From assembly GCA_024762835.1 (NCBI GenBank), contig JANTGP010000003.1:1-48583 (forward strand): 48,583 bases of DNA. Direction: 5' to 3'. The translations under genes and the position numbers were made by a program. This document shows, in pieces, positions 29,938-39,063 of this stretch. Every line of letters begins with the position of its first letter. The first letter of the stretch is position 1. Origin of the DNA: Bacteroidota bacterium. GTDB lineage: Bacteria; Bacteroidota; Bacteroidia; Bacteroidales; M50B96. The notes under the pieces are model-generated. The model was given only the letters and a program-made list of their open reading frames with translations. It did not search any database and was not told the origin of the DNA.

Positions 29938-30781
29938 TTAAAGTAATTTCCATACTTTAATACTTAATTGATAGATTAATGGGGCGGTAATGATTCCTGC
30001 AATTACGTCGATAAAATAGTGTGCTTTTATATATATGGTGGCAGGGAATAAAATAATAACAAATGGAAGAATAAACCAAAACAGGACGGAAGAGTATTTT
30101 TTACTTATAATTAAAAAAATTATTGATATGCCGATATGTGAGCTTGGAAATGCACCGGTAGGCTGCTCGCCAACTGATTGAACAAATTTGACTGCTTCCC
30201 GAAAAAATCCTGCATCTGGTATTTGAGACATTGGCTGACTGAAATAATATTGAGGTACTACTTCGGGAAAGATTGAAAATATCAGGTAGTAAATATAGAA
30301 CGAAAAACTAATAATAAATATGACTTTAAATGACTGTTTCCTATTGCGTAAATAGATAATAAAGCAAACGAGAAATGTTAGAAAGTAATAAGAGAAATAA
30401 CCGAAATTCATTAGTTCATTAAACCAAAATTGATTAAAAATCTTGCTGAATTCAATGCTTGGTTGGAAACCAAATAGCCAGAAATCTGCTTTTAACAAAA
30501 ATGAATCGAAAGAATCAAAGATAATATTATTCATAAAAGCTGTTTCGCCATAGAACCACATAAATATAATTAGAGGATAAAAATTGCGGATAAAAGTAAG
30601 GATAGGCACAGGATACTTTTTTCGAATGCTGCGATTACAAAAATACTTGCAATTACAATTGCCCTAATTGCCAGATGAAAAGTGAAATTGTGTAAATGAT
30701 TTACACCAAACAGAATATATACTGCTGTTACAAGCATGTAGGCTATACTAACCTATCGATAGCTTTGAGTAGGGATTTCAT
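29938..30781 (-). CDS. PAP2-superfamily integral membrane protein (Aur1/IPC-synthase-like); 5' part broken by two frameshifts
   Basis: GAFPSSH and AHYFIDVIAG motifs. An N-terminus from ATG 30781 (MKSLLKAID...VSIAYMLVTAVYILFG...IAAFEK) joins the ORF-track ORF if one base is restored near 30754 and one in T6 at 30617-30622. Confidence 0.8.
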
Positions 30782-30794
30782 TAAAAATCTTTGT

Positions 30795-31784
30795 TTATAG
30801 CATCTTATGTTCTTTGTACCACTTAATAGTTTTGTTTAATCCATTTTCTAAGTCATATTGAGGATTATAGCCCAATTCTTTTTGGGCAGGACTAATATCG
30901 CATAACCAGTTTACTGCTTGTAACTCCTTTATTTTATCATGAGTGATAATAGATGGCGAATTACTGATTTTTGAGTACCACATAGAGATTGTGGCAATTA
31001 GCTTAACCATCCAGAATGGTAAATTAATGTTAATTGTTGATTTAGTAAGAATTTTTTTTGTGATTTCTGAGAAAGAGTCAGAGTTATAATGCTTGCCATC
31101 TGATATTAAATATTGCTTATTAGCAAAAGTCGATTCGAGTGCAAGAAAGATTGCAGATACTAAGTCTAATACATATACGAATGACAAAAATTGCTTATTC
31201 CTGCCGATTGATATTTTCAGATGATTGTTAATCAGCTTAATCATCATCAAAAAGTGTTCTTCGCGTGGGCCATAAACGCCAGTAGGGTTAATTATTATCC
31301 ATGGAAAATTTTCCAAAGAGCGTAAATATTCTTCTGCTTTAAATTTACTCTTACCATAATCAGTAAAAGGCTTTTGCTTATCTGTATTTGATATTGCTTT
31401 GCCATTTGGATTTCCTTGTCCATAGGCTGCTATACTGCTAATATAAATATACTTTTCAGGAATCTTGTTAGTTTCAAATAAAGCTTCGATAAGATTAACA
31501 CTTGCTTTTACATTAAAATCGTAAAACAAGGAGGGCTTAACGGCTTTTACAACTCCTGCATTATGGATGATATAATCGAAGCGAGCCTGGTTGTTTAATT
31601 TTGCTGTTAAGTCTTTCTTGTCATAAAAATCGAGAAAAATAAATTCTATTCTGTTATCTTTCAAAAAGCGTAATGAACTTGATTTTCTTACTGCTGCTAC
31701 AACATGAAAGTTTCTTCGCAAAGCCTCTTCAACAATAAAGCTTCCGATAAAACCACTTGCTCCTGTAATTAATATTCTTTTCAC
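30795..31784 (-). CDS. NAD-dependent epimerase/dehydratase-family oxidoreductase (candidate ceramide reductase CerR)
   Basis: ILITGASGFIG, IIHNAG, YISS, YGKSK (YxxxK), GVYGPRE. Confidence 0.85.
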   Translation of the reverse strand: MKRILITGASGFIGSFIVEEALRRNFHVVAAVRKSSSLRFLKDNRIEFIFLDFYDKKDLTAKLNNQARFDYIIHNAGVVKAVKPSLFYDFNVKASVNLIEALFETNKIPEKYIYISSIAAYGQGNPNGKAISNTDKQKPFTDYGKSKFKAEEYLRSLENFPWIIINPTGVYGPREEHFLMMIKLINNHLKISIGRNKQFLSFVYVLDLVSAIFLALESTFANKQYLISDGKHYNSDSFSEITKKILTKSTININLPFWMVKLIATISMWYSKISNSPSIITHDKIKELQAVNWLCDISPAQKELGYNPQYDLENGLNKTIKWYKEHKML

Positions 31785-31816
31785 TAAAATGTAAAAATAT
31801 TTATTTATTCCTTCAG

Positions 31817-32938
31817 CTAAATTTTAATTTTATATACGCGGTAAGTCTTGTATATTTTCCCGTTTATATTTTGCAAAACACGATTCATCATGAGATTATT
31901 TTCAAGTATCCATGAAGCTTCCCCGGTTTTAATACCAAGTTTTTTTGCTTCTGCAACAGTTTTTGCATAAAAACAAACATCAATTCCTCTTTTTCTGTAA
32001 TTCTCAACCGTACCCATTGTAAGTACTCTTACTGAATCGACCTTGTTTTTGTTAAGTAATAATTTGAACAAGCCCGTTGGAAATAAACGACCTCTTTTTA
32101 CATTAATAAGTATCTTGTTAATGTCGGGAATTGTAAGAGAAAAACCAACCGGTTTCCCGTCTTTTTCAGCCAAATAAAGGAAGTCAGGATTTACAATGCT
32201 TTTAAGATCCTTTGCCAGATGAAAAAATTCATTATCAGTCATTGGAACAAAACCCCAGTTTTTTTCCCATGCTGAGTTGTAAACTTCATGAATCTTTTTA
32301 ACCTCTGCATCAAAATTTTTCATTTCCGGTTTACGAATAACAAAGCCGTTTTTGTTAAGTCTTTCTTCAATTTTCACAGCTGCATCTAAGAGTCTTTGAG
32401 GCACTTCGTCAACCTGTAGCTGATATGCAACTAAATCCAGTGCTTTTGTAAAACCGTAATCTTCAACCAATTTATTATAATGTGGCTTATTATATGTCAT
32501 CATTACTACCGGTGGCGAATCAAAAGCATCGACAAGCATTCCCACTGTTTCGTTTGTTGAAAAATTTGCCGGACCAAGCATTGCATCAAGTCCTTCATTC
32601 TTGCACCATTCAACTGTGGTATCGAACAGTTGAGATGATATTTGCTTATTGTCAATACAATCAAAAAAGCCAAAAAAGCCTACATTTTCATTTGCATGTT
32701 TATTATGGTTATTATTTCTGATTGCTGCAATTCTCCCTACTATTTTCCCATTATCCAAAGCTAAAAAATAATCGGCTTTTGAGTGTTCAAAAAACGGACT
32801 TTTATTTTTTGACATAAGTGCCTTTTGACCCAGAAAAAGCTCAGGGACATAGTTAGGGTCATCTTTGTATAGCTCGTGAGGAAAGTCAATAAATTGTTTT
32901 AATTGCCTATTGTTGACTACTTTAATAATCTCAGCCAT
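31817..32938 (-). CDS. Tandem-GNAT N-acyltransferase (YghO-like; candidate bacterial ceramide synthase bCerS)
   Basis: FIDFPHELYKDDPNYVP, GRIAA, GFFGFFDC, YNKPHY, NWGFVPMT, SWILENN. ATG at 32938 (MAEIIK) lies downstream of a TAACTTTG box. Confidence 0.8.
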   Translation of the reverse strand: MAEIIKVVNNRQLKQFIDFPHELYKDDPNYVPELFLGQKALMSKNKSPFFEHSKADYFLALDNGKIVGRIAAIRNNNHNKHANENVGFFGFFDCIDNKQISSQLFDTTVEWCKNEGLDAMLGPANFSTNETVGMLVDAFDSPPVVMMTYNKPHYNKLVEDYGFTKALDLVAYQLQVDEVPQRLLDAAVKIEERLNKNGFVIRKPEMKNFDAEVKKIHEVYNSAWEKNWGFVPMTDNEFFHLAKDLKSIVNPDFLYLAEKDGKPVGFSLTIPDINKILINVKRGRLFPTGLFKLLLNKNKVDSVRVLTMGTVENYRKRGIDVCFYAKTVAEAKKLGIKTGEASWILENNLMMNRVLQNINGKIYKTYRVYKIKI

Positions 32939-32974
32939 TGTTTCTGTTATTTTGTTATGTAGAATTTGAAAAAT

Positions 32975-32982
32975 CAAAGTTA
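32975..32982 (-). promoter_or_regulatory. Bacteroidota -7 promoter box for the GNAT-reductase-PAP2 operon
   Basis: TAACTTTG on the minus strand, 36 bp before ATG 32938. Confidence 0.55.
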
Positions 32983-33096
32983 ATATAATTAAGATTACTT
33001 TCACTTTATAGGGAAAAACTGTCCTTAATATTTGGGCTATTATGCACTATCATTTTTATTAGAGTAGTCGACTTTTTCAACTGTCAAAAACATGAT

Positions 33097-33104
33097 TATC
33101 TTTG
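33097..33104 (+). promoter_or_regulatory. Bacteroidota -7 promoter box
   Basis: TATCTTTG about 40 bp before ATG 33147. Confidence 0.55.
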
Positions 33105-33146
33105 AATGAAATTATTCTTATCTAATTTATTCTTATTTTGATATAC

Positions 33147-34940
33147 ATGAATTTAAAAAAGAGCCTGTTAATTCTTATTATATTTAAATTTACATCATCA
33201 GCATTTGCTAATATTAATGATACTATTGTTACCTTTACAACTAATCCGCCTTTGTGTTATAACGACTCCAACGGTAGTATTTATAGTGATATAAATATGC
33301 TAGGCGTATTCGATTATCTTTGGTCAACCGGAGACACCGGCTCTTTTATTACCGCTGTTCCGGCAGGCATTTATCAACTGACTATTTCTGATGGAACAAC
33401 GCTTATTAATATATCTACTATTGAGTTAACTCAACCGGACTCATTGTCTGTTACGTCAAGTATTTCAAATCCATCATCCGCATCTGCAAATAACGGCTCA
33501 ATTCAGCTCCTCATTACAGGAGGGACAAGTCCGTATTCTTTTAACTGGTCGACAGGACAAACATCTTTTTCTATCTCAAATTTAGGCGCCGGAGATTACT
33601 TTTTCACGGTAGTTGATGATAATGCCTGCGAGTTAACAGATAGTATTGAGCTGGAATTACCGCCTTCTTCGCCCTGGGAAATTATTATTACAGGAAGTAA
33701 TCATACGATTTTAATTCCTACTACAGCAAACTTTCAGATTCTTGGCGATAGCATTTCAACTGATGATTTTCTTGGTGTCTTTTATGATTCTCTGGGTGTA
33801 CTAAAATGTGCCGGTTTTTCCGTTTGGCAAGGTGATAATACTGTGATTAGTGCATTTGGCAACGATCCCTCTTCGCCCGGATTACAGGGAATGGCAACAG
33901 GCGAAAACTTTAAGTGGCGAATATGGCGGGCAGCCGATAGCTGTATTTACGATTTAGCAGTAAGCTATTCAAATACTTTTCCTAACCTTGGGTCTTATGT
34001 TGATAATGGAATGAGCATGGTTGATAGTTTAAGTACCTTATCAATTGAAGGAAACCAGCTTTTAACTACAAAAGATTATTCAACGGGTATTGTTATGGCA
34101 AACAAACTTACAGATAATACATATCAAGCAGTTGCCTGGGAAGGTATTGATAATCTACATTATAAGATTGATGGACTTGAGTTTGGTACTTATATTGTTC
34201 ATGCTTTGCCAAATCCTTTTGTTAATTCATATAGTCCTGCATATTATCCCAATTACACAAACTGGTCTGATGCTGAAGAATTGGTATTAACAAGTCCTTT
34301 GGAAGAAGTTAATATAGTGTTTGAGAATTTAACAGATTCTCCAAATGGAGAAGGCTCAATAAATGGTGTTGTTTATGCGGATTATTCCGCTTCGTATGAG
34401 TTTGATATTTACACTTATGATTGGTTTGGGCAAGGAGAATACACTGATAGCTCATTTGCAATGAATATCCCAGTACTCTTATTTAACGATAATAATCAAC
34501 TTATTGATTATGCCCTTACCGATTCGACTGGTGCCTACTCTTTTTCTAATATTCCCGAAGGTAATTATACCCTTTATGCAGAGAAAACCGGCTTAAACAG
34601 TGACATATTTTCATTTGCCTTTTATAATGAGATGGTTCATTATACGGTTAATTTTCATATTCAGGAATCGGACATCTCATTTGAAAGTTACTCGGCAAAT
34701 TTTGTCGAGAATAATAAGATTACTTTGAATCCTAATCCTGTTTCAAATACTTTAATAATTGATGGGCTTGCCGGAAATGAAGATATTATAATAAACAATA
34801 TTGTTGGTAGAGAGATTTATTCTGCACAAATTACAGCCAAAACGGCATTTGTGAATTTTTCATCTCAGGCTAAAGGAATTTATTTTATTTCGATAATAAA
34901 AAATAACGAGAGATATGTTTATAAGCTTATTAAGCAATAA
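33147..34940 (+). CDS. T9SS-secreted protein with SprB repeats and carboxypeptidase-regulatory-like domain
   Basis: Signal peptide; PLCYNDSNGSI...YLWSTG and NNGSI...GGTSPYSFNWSTG SprB units; TDSTGAYSFSNIPEGNY; LNPNPV...YKLIKQ CTD. Confidence 0.85.
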   Translation: MNLKKSLLILIIFKFTSSAFANINDTIVTFTTNPPLCYNDSNGSIYSDINMLGVFDYLWSTGDTGSFITAVPAGIYQLTISDGTTLINISTIELTQPDSLSVTSSISNPSSASANNGSIQLLITGGTSPYSFNWSTGQTSFSISNLGAGDYFFTVVDDNACELTDSIELELPPSSPWEIIITGSNHTILIPTTANFQILGDSISTDDFLGVFYDSLGVLKCAGFSVWQGDNTVISAFGNDPSSPGLQGMATGENFKWRIWRAADSCIYDLAVSYSNTFPNLGSYVDNGMSMVDSLSTLSIEGNQLLTTKDYSTGIVMANKLTDNTYQAVAWEGIDNLHYKIDGLEFGTYIVHALPNPFVNSYSPAYYPNYTNWSDAEELVLTSPLEEVNIVFENLTDSPNGEGSINGVVYADYSASYEFDIYTYDWFGQGEYTDSSFAMNIPVLLFNDNNQLIDYALTDSTGAYSFSNIPEGNYTLYAEKTGLNSDIFSFAFYNEMVHYTVNFHIQESDISFESYSANFVENNKITLNPNPVSNTLIIDGLAGNEDIIINNIVGREIYSAQITAKTAFVNFSSQAKGIYFISIIKNNERYVYKLIKQ

Positions 34941-34942
34941 TA

Positions 34943-37210
34943 TTATTCAACAATAATTTCATCGGCAAAAAGCCATGAATTAGCTCCTGCAGCTTCATGC
35001 CATTCGGGATTGGGTCCCAAGCTCTTTGCAATAAGCCGTATATATCTACTACTTGTTTTATCAAACTCAACAGTAAATGTTTCAATAAATTTGTCTTCTA
35101 GGTGTGGGTCAGTATTTGTAATTAGGCTACCAAGTTTATGAAAATCTTTACCATCATACGAAGCATAGATAATAATTTCCTTTGGAATAAATATCCATGA
35201 TAACATACTTTGAAGAAATCCGGCTTTTATCCTACTGTAGCTTTCAATTTTCCCCATGTCAATATCAGCTACCAAATCAACACCATTAAAGCCTTGCCAT
35301 TTGCCATCTCTAAAGTTAGTTGTGCCACGCAATCCGTCAGTAAGGGCATTATCATTATTTCCGGTATAGTTCGGACTAAAAGGATATTTAAGTTTTACTG
35401 TAATTCCTGTTGCTTTATGTATAGAATATTTTTGATTAATGTATTTTTTTAAATCGCTGTTTTGTTTCTGAGCCAGTATCTTTAATTCAAGAGATTCAGT
35501 AATTTTAAGAGGTTTAATATATGATTCTGATTTATTTGTAGGTTCTGTTCCGTCAAGGGTATAATAAATATCAAAATCATTTTGTCCGGGGATAAGTTTT
35601 ACATTAAAGCTTTTCAACAGACTGTCAAAATCCGAAATAAGAGTAACAGTCTTTCCTTCAAATCCATATTTAACGCCAAGAAAATCCAGATTATTATAAT
35701 GATTCTGAACCCTTTCGTGAAAATCAAAGAAATTGCTTTTGTCTTTAAATGTCCAAAGCACTTCACTCATTGCTAAAATGCGAGGGAACATACGATTGTC
35801 AATTTCTTCCTGAGGAGCTCTTTCTGTCCACATATTACATTCGCCACCAAGAATATGGATTTCAAGCTCCGGCTTTAGCCCGCTTGGTACAGGCTCGAAA
35901 TAATAAACTTTTTTTAAATCTGTTGTTTCAACCGAATAATCAAAATATGCATGACTAGTGGGTGAAACTATTGCATCGTGCCCTTGTTTCGCGGCAGCCA
36001 TTGCACCTTTAAATCCCCGCCACGACTGTACAGTAGCCGATGGTGCTAAGCCTCCTTCCAATATCTCGTCCCAACCGATAATTCTTTTGCCATGATCATT
36101 GATATATTTCTCCATTCTCGAAATAAAATAGGATTGTAATTCATGTTCGTCTTTCAGTCCATTATCGGCTATTCTTTTCTGGCATTTTTTGCAATTTTTC
36201 CAGCGATATTTTGGTGCTTCGTCTCCGCCTATATGAATATACTCAAACGGGAAAAGTTGAAATACCTCATCAAGTACTTTTTCGAGAAACTCAAAACTCT
36301 TTTCATTACCTGCACAGTAAATATCTTTAAAAACTCCCCATTCATTACCCACCTCAAAAGGGCCACCGGTGCATGACAACTCGGGATAAGCAGCCAAAGC
36401 GGCTAATGAATGTCCGGGCATTTCAATTTCGGGGACGACTTCTATGAAGCGGGATTTTGCATAGGCAACAATTTCTTTAATATCATCTTGAGTATAAAAA
36501 CCTCCATAAACAGTTCCGTCTTTTTCTGTTCGCCAAGCAGATTTTTTTGTCAATTCGGGAAACTGTTTTATTTCAATTCGCCAGCCTTGGTCTTCGGTCA
36601 GATGCCAATGGAAACGATTCATTTTATGGTAGGCAAGCAAATCAATATATCTTTTAATAAATTCTTTATCCATAAAATGTCGACAACAATCCAATAACAT
36701 CCCTCGCCAGACAAAGCGGGGTTTATCTGTAATACTTACTAAAGGTACGCCCCATTCAATGCCATTTACAAGTCTACTACTCTCAATCTCAGAAGGTAAT
36801 AATTGCTGAAGTGTTTGCAGTCCGTAAAATATACCGGCAGGTTTATTTGCACTTATTTTTATATTATCATCAGTAACAAAAAAAGTATATCCCTCATTAC
36901 CTAACATTGCAGGACAATTACCTAGTTGTAGAATAATGCAGTTATTATCATCTTCTGAAGATTGTGCGGTTATTAGTTTAAAGCCGGCGGCTTTTTCAAG
37001 CTTTTCATTAAAAAACAAGGCTAACTGTTTTAAGTCCTCGTTATTATCATATAAAAATTTCGTTGTTTTATTAATAATAAATTTACCTTCGAAGACATTC
37101 ATTTCCTGTGGTAAAGGAATTATATTTGTCTTTATTTTTTCTTTTTTATCACATGAAAAAAAGATTGAAACAAATATTAAGAATACTATGGTTGAGATGT
37201 GTTTTTTCAT
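34943..37210 (-). CDS. GH20 beta-N-acetylhexosaminidase lipoprotein with Fn3-associated and discoidin (F5/8-like) domains
   Basis: Lipobox FFSC; PRFVWRGMLLD, FHWHLTEDQGWR, PEIEMPGH, HIGGDE, GWDE; IYYTLDGTEP; WLFADEI. Confidence 0.95.
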   Translation of the reverse strand: MKKHISTIVFLIFVSIFFSCDKKEKIKTNIIPLPQEMNVFEGKFIINKTTKFLYDNNEDLKQLALFFNEKLEKAAGFKLITAQSSEDDNNCIILQLGNCPAMLGNEGYTFFVTDDNIKISANKPAGIFYGLQTLQQLLPSEIESSRLVNGIEWGVPLVSITDKPRFVWRGMLLDCCRHFMDKEFIKRYIDLLAYHKMNRFHWHLTEDQGWRIEIKQFPELTKKSAWRTEKDGTVYGGFYTQDDIKEIVAYAKSRFIEVVPEIEMPGHSLAALAAYPELSCTGGPFEVGNEWGVFKDIYCAGNEKSFEFLEKVLDEVFQLFPFEYIHIGGDEAPKYRWKNCKKCQKRIADNGLKDEHELQSYFISRMEKYINDHGKRIIGWDEILEGGLAPSATVQSWRGFKGAMAAAKQGHDAIVSPTSHAYFDYSVETTDLKKVYYFEPVPSGLKPELEIHILGGECNMWTERAPQEEIDNRMFPRILAMSEVLWTFKDKSNFFDFHERVQNHYNNLDFLGVKYGFEGKTVTLISDFDSLLKSFNVKLIPGQNDFDIYYTLDGTEPTNKSESYIKPLKITESLELKILAQKQNSDLKKYINQKYSIHKATGITVKLKYPFSPNYTGNNDNALTDGLRGTTNFRDGKWQGFNGVDLVADIDMGKIESYSRIKAGFLQSMLSWIFIPKEIIIYASYDGKDFHKLGSLITNTDPHLEDKFIETFTVEFDKTSSRYIRLIAKSLGPNPEWHEAAGANSWLFADEIIVE

Positions 37211-37219
37211 AAGGTTTTA

Positions 37220-38773
37220 TTATATCATTCTTGATGCCATTTCTGCACAGCGTTGACCGTCGATTGCAGAAGAAACAATACCGCCGGCATATCCTGCTCC
37301 TTCGCCTGCAGGAAATAGTCCTTTTATCTGAGGATGCTCGAGACTTGCATTATCTCTTGGTATTCTGAGCGGTGAAGATGTTCGAGACTCCACGCCAAGA
37401 ATTACTGCTTCATTACTTAAATAGCCTTTTGATTTCTTTCCAAAATCTTTAAAGCCTTGTTGCAATCTTTGCTTAATATCTTTAGGCATCCATTCGTGCA
37501 TTGGCGACGAAACCGTACCACAATAGTAAGAGCTTTTGGGTAGATTGTTTGAAAATTTATTTTCTATAAAATCAATCATTCTTTGAGCAGGTGCTGTTTG
37601 GTCGCGATTAGCATTTTCAAATGCTAAATGCTCAAAATTCTGTTGAAACTTTAGACCGGCTAAAACGCCATATTGTTTATAATTTACCAAATCATCATTA
37701 TTAATTTCAACCACAATACCTGAGTTTGCAAATTCCGAGTTTCTTCCAGATGGCGACATTCCATTAACAACAACTTCGCCCGGCGATGTTGCCGCCGGAA
37801 CGATATAACCACCCGGACACATGCAAAAAGAATAAACACCGCGATTGTTTACTTGCGAAACAAAATTATACGAAGCAGCCGGCAAATAAGGGCTTCGAAT
37901 ATCACAATGATATTGTATTGAGTCAATAAGAGCCTGAGGATGTTCAACTCGCACTCCCATTGCAAAAGATTTTGCTTCAAGCAGGATACCTTTTTTGTGC
38001 AATAGTTCGTAAATATCACGTGCAGAATGACCTGTTGCAAGAATTACAGCTTTTGAATAATACTTATCACCTTTATTTGTTATTACTCCTTTTACAGCAT
38101 TATCTTTAATTATAAAATCAGTAACTCTTTTATTGAAATGAATCTCTCCTCCGGCTGATATTATGCTTTCGCGAATTGATGTTATGATTCGGGGTAAAAT
38201 ATTTGTCCCAATATGAGGGTGGGCATCTATAAGAATATCTTCTTTTGCTCCATGTAGCAGCAGAAGTTCAAGAACTCGTTTATTATTTCCTTTTTTCTTT
38301 GATCGTGTATAAAGCTTGCCATCGGAAAATGTACCTGCACCCCCTTCACCAAAGCAATAATTTGAGTCGGGGTTAACAATGTGTTCTCGTGCGAGGCTTG
38401 CAATATCTGCTTTTCGTTGACTAACAATTCTCCCACGTTCGATAATTACTGGTTTAACACCAATCTCAATTAATTTTAGTGCAGCAAACAGACCTGCAGG
38501 CCCTGCACCTACAATAATTATTTCCGGCTTATTGCTAACATTCTGAATATTAAACTCAGGCTTTTCATGTGAATAATAGTCATTGCCTGTTATAACTAAA
38601 ATGCGAAGATTGATTTTTACTTTACTTCGCCGGGCATCAATTGAGCGGCGAATAATTTTTATTGCAGTTATATCCTGTTCTTTAATATGAAGTTTCTGGG
38701 CAGATTTCTTTTTTATACTTGAATCCTGACTCGCTTCTTTGGGACTAAGAACAAGTTCAATCTCTTTTTGCAC
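37220..38773 (-). CDS. NAD(P)/FAD-dependent oxidoreductase (uncharacterised, COG2509-like)
   Basis: IVGAGPAG, FGEGGAGTFSDGKL, FCMCPGG, GEGAGYAGGIVSSAIDG. Confidence 0.9.
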   Translation of the reverse strand: MQKEIELVLSPKEASQDSSIKKKSAQKLHIKEQDITAIKIIRRSIDARRSKVKINLRILVITGNDYYSHEKPEFNIQNVSNKPEIIIVGAGPAGLFAALKLIEIGVKPVIIERGRIVSQRKADIASLAREHIVNPDSNYCFGEGGAGTFSDGKLYTRSKKKGNNKRVLELLLLHGAKEDILIDAHPHIGTNILPRIITSIRESIISAGGEIHFNKRVTDFIIKDNAVKGVITNKGDKYYSKAVILATGHSARDIYELLHKKGILLEAKSFAMGVRVEHPQALIDSIQYHCDIRSPYLPAASYNFVSQVNNRGVYSFCMCPGGYIVPAATSPGEVVVNGMSPSGRNSEFANSGIVVEINNDDLVNYKQYGVLAGLKFQQNFEHLAFENANRDQTAPAQRMIDFIENKFSNNLPKSSYYCGTVSSPMHEWMPKDIKQRLQQGFKDFGKKSKGYLSNEAVILGVESRTSSPLRIPRDNASLEHPQIKGLFPAGEGAGYAGGIVSSAIDGQRCAEMASRMI

Positions 38774-38824
38774 TTTTAAAAATTATAAATTGAAAATATA
38801 TGATTTTACGAAGATACATTATTT

Positions 38825-39046
38825 TCACTCAATCTTTATTGCTTTAGCAGGACATAATTCAACACATTCTTGTATTAAATCCATTTCGTATTCCTGTATC
38901 TCAAGAAAGAAAACACCTTTTTTCTCGACAGAACCTACCAAATCGCTTTTCCCGTCAGTATCATTCATATCCCAAAAAGCAGGAGCCAGCTCTACACAAT
39001 AATTACAACCTGTACACTTTGCTCTAAAATGCTTAACATTTGCCAT
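38825..39046 (-). CDS. Single-cluster ferredoxin
   Basis: CTGCNYC...CPAKAI. Confidence 0.9.
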   Translation of the reverse strand: MANVKHFRAKCTGCNYCVELAPAFWDMNDTDGKSDLVGSVEKKGVFFLEIQEYEMDLIQECVELCPAKAIKIE

Positions 39047-39063
39047 GCTTTAAACGAAATTTA

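Noticed and set aside
32939-33004. Signal-peptide-like extension on the GNAT protein
   Set aside because: It overlaps the TAACTTTG promoter box, and the family-typical sequence begins at MAEIIK (32938).
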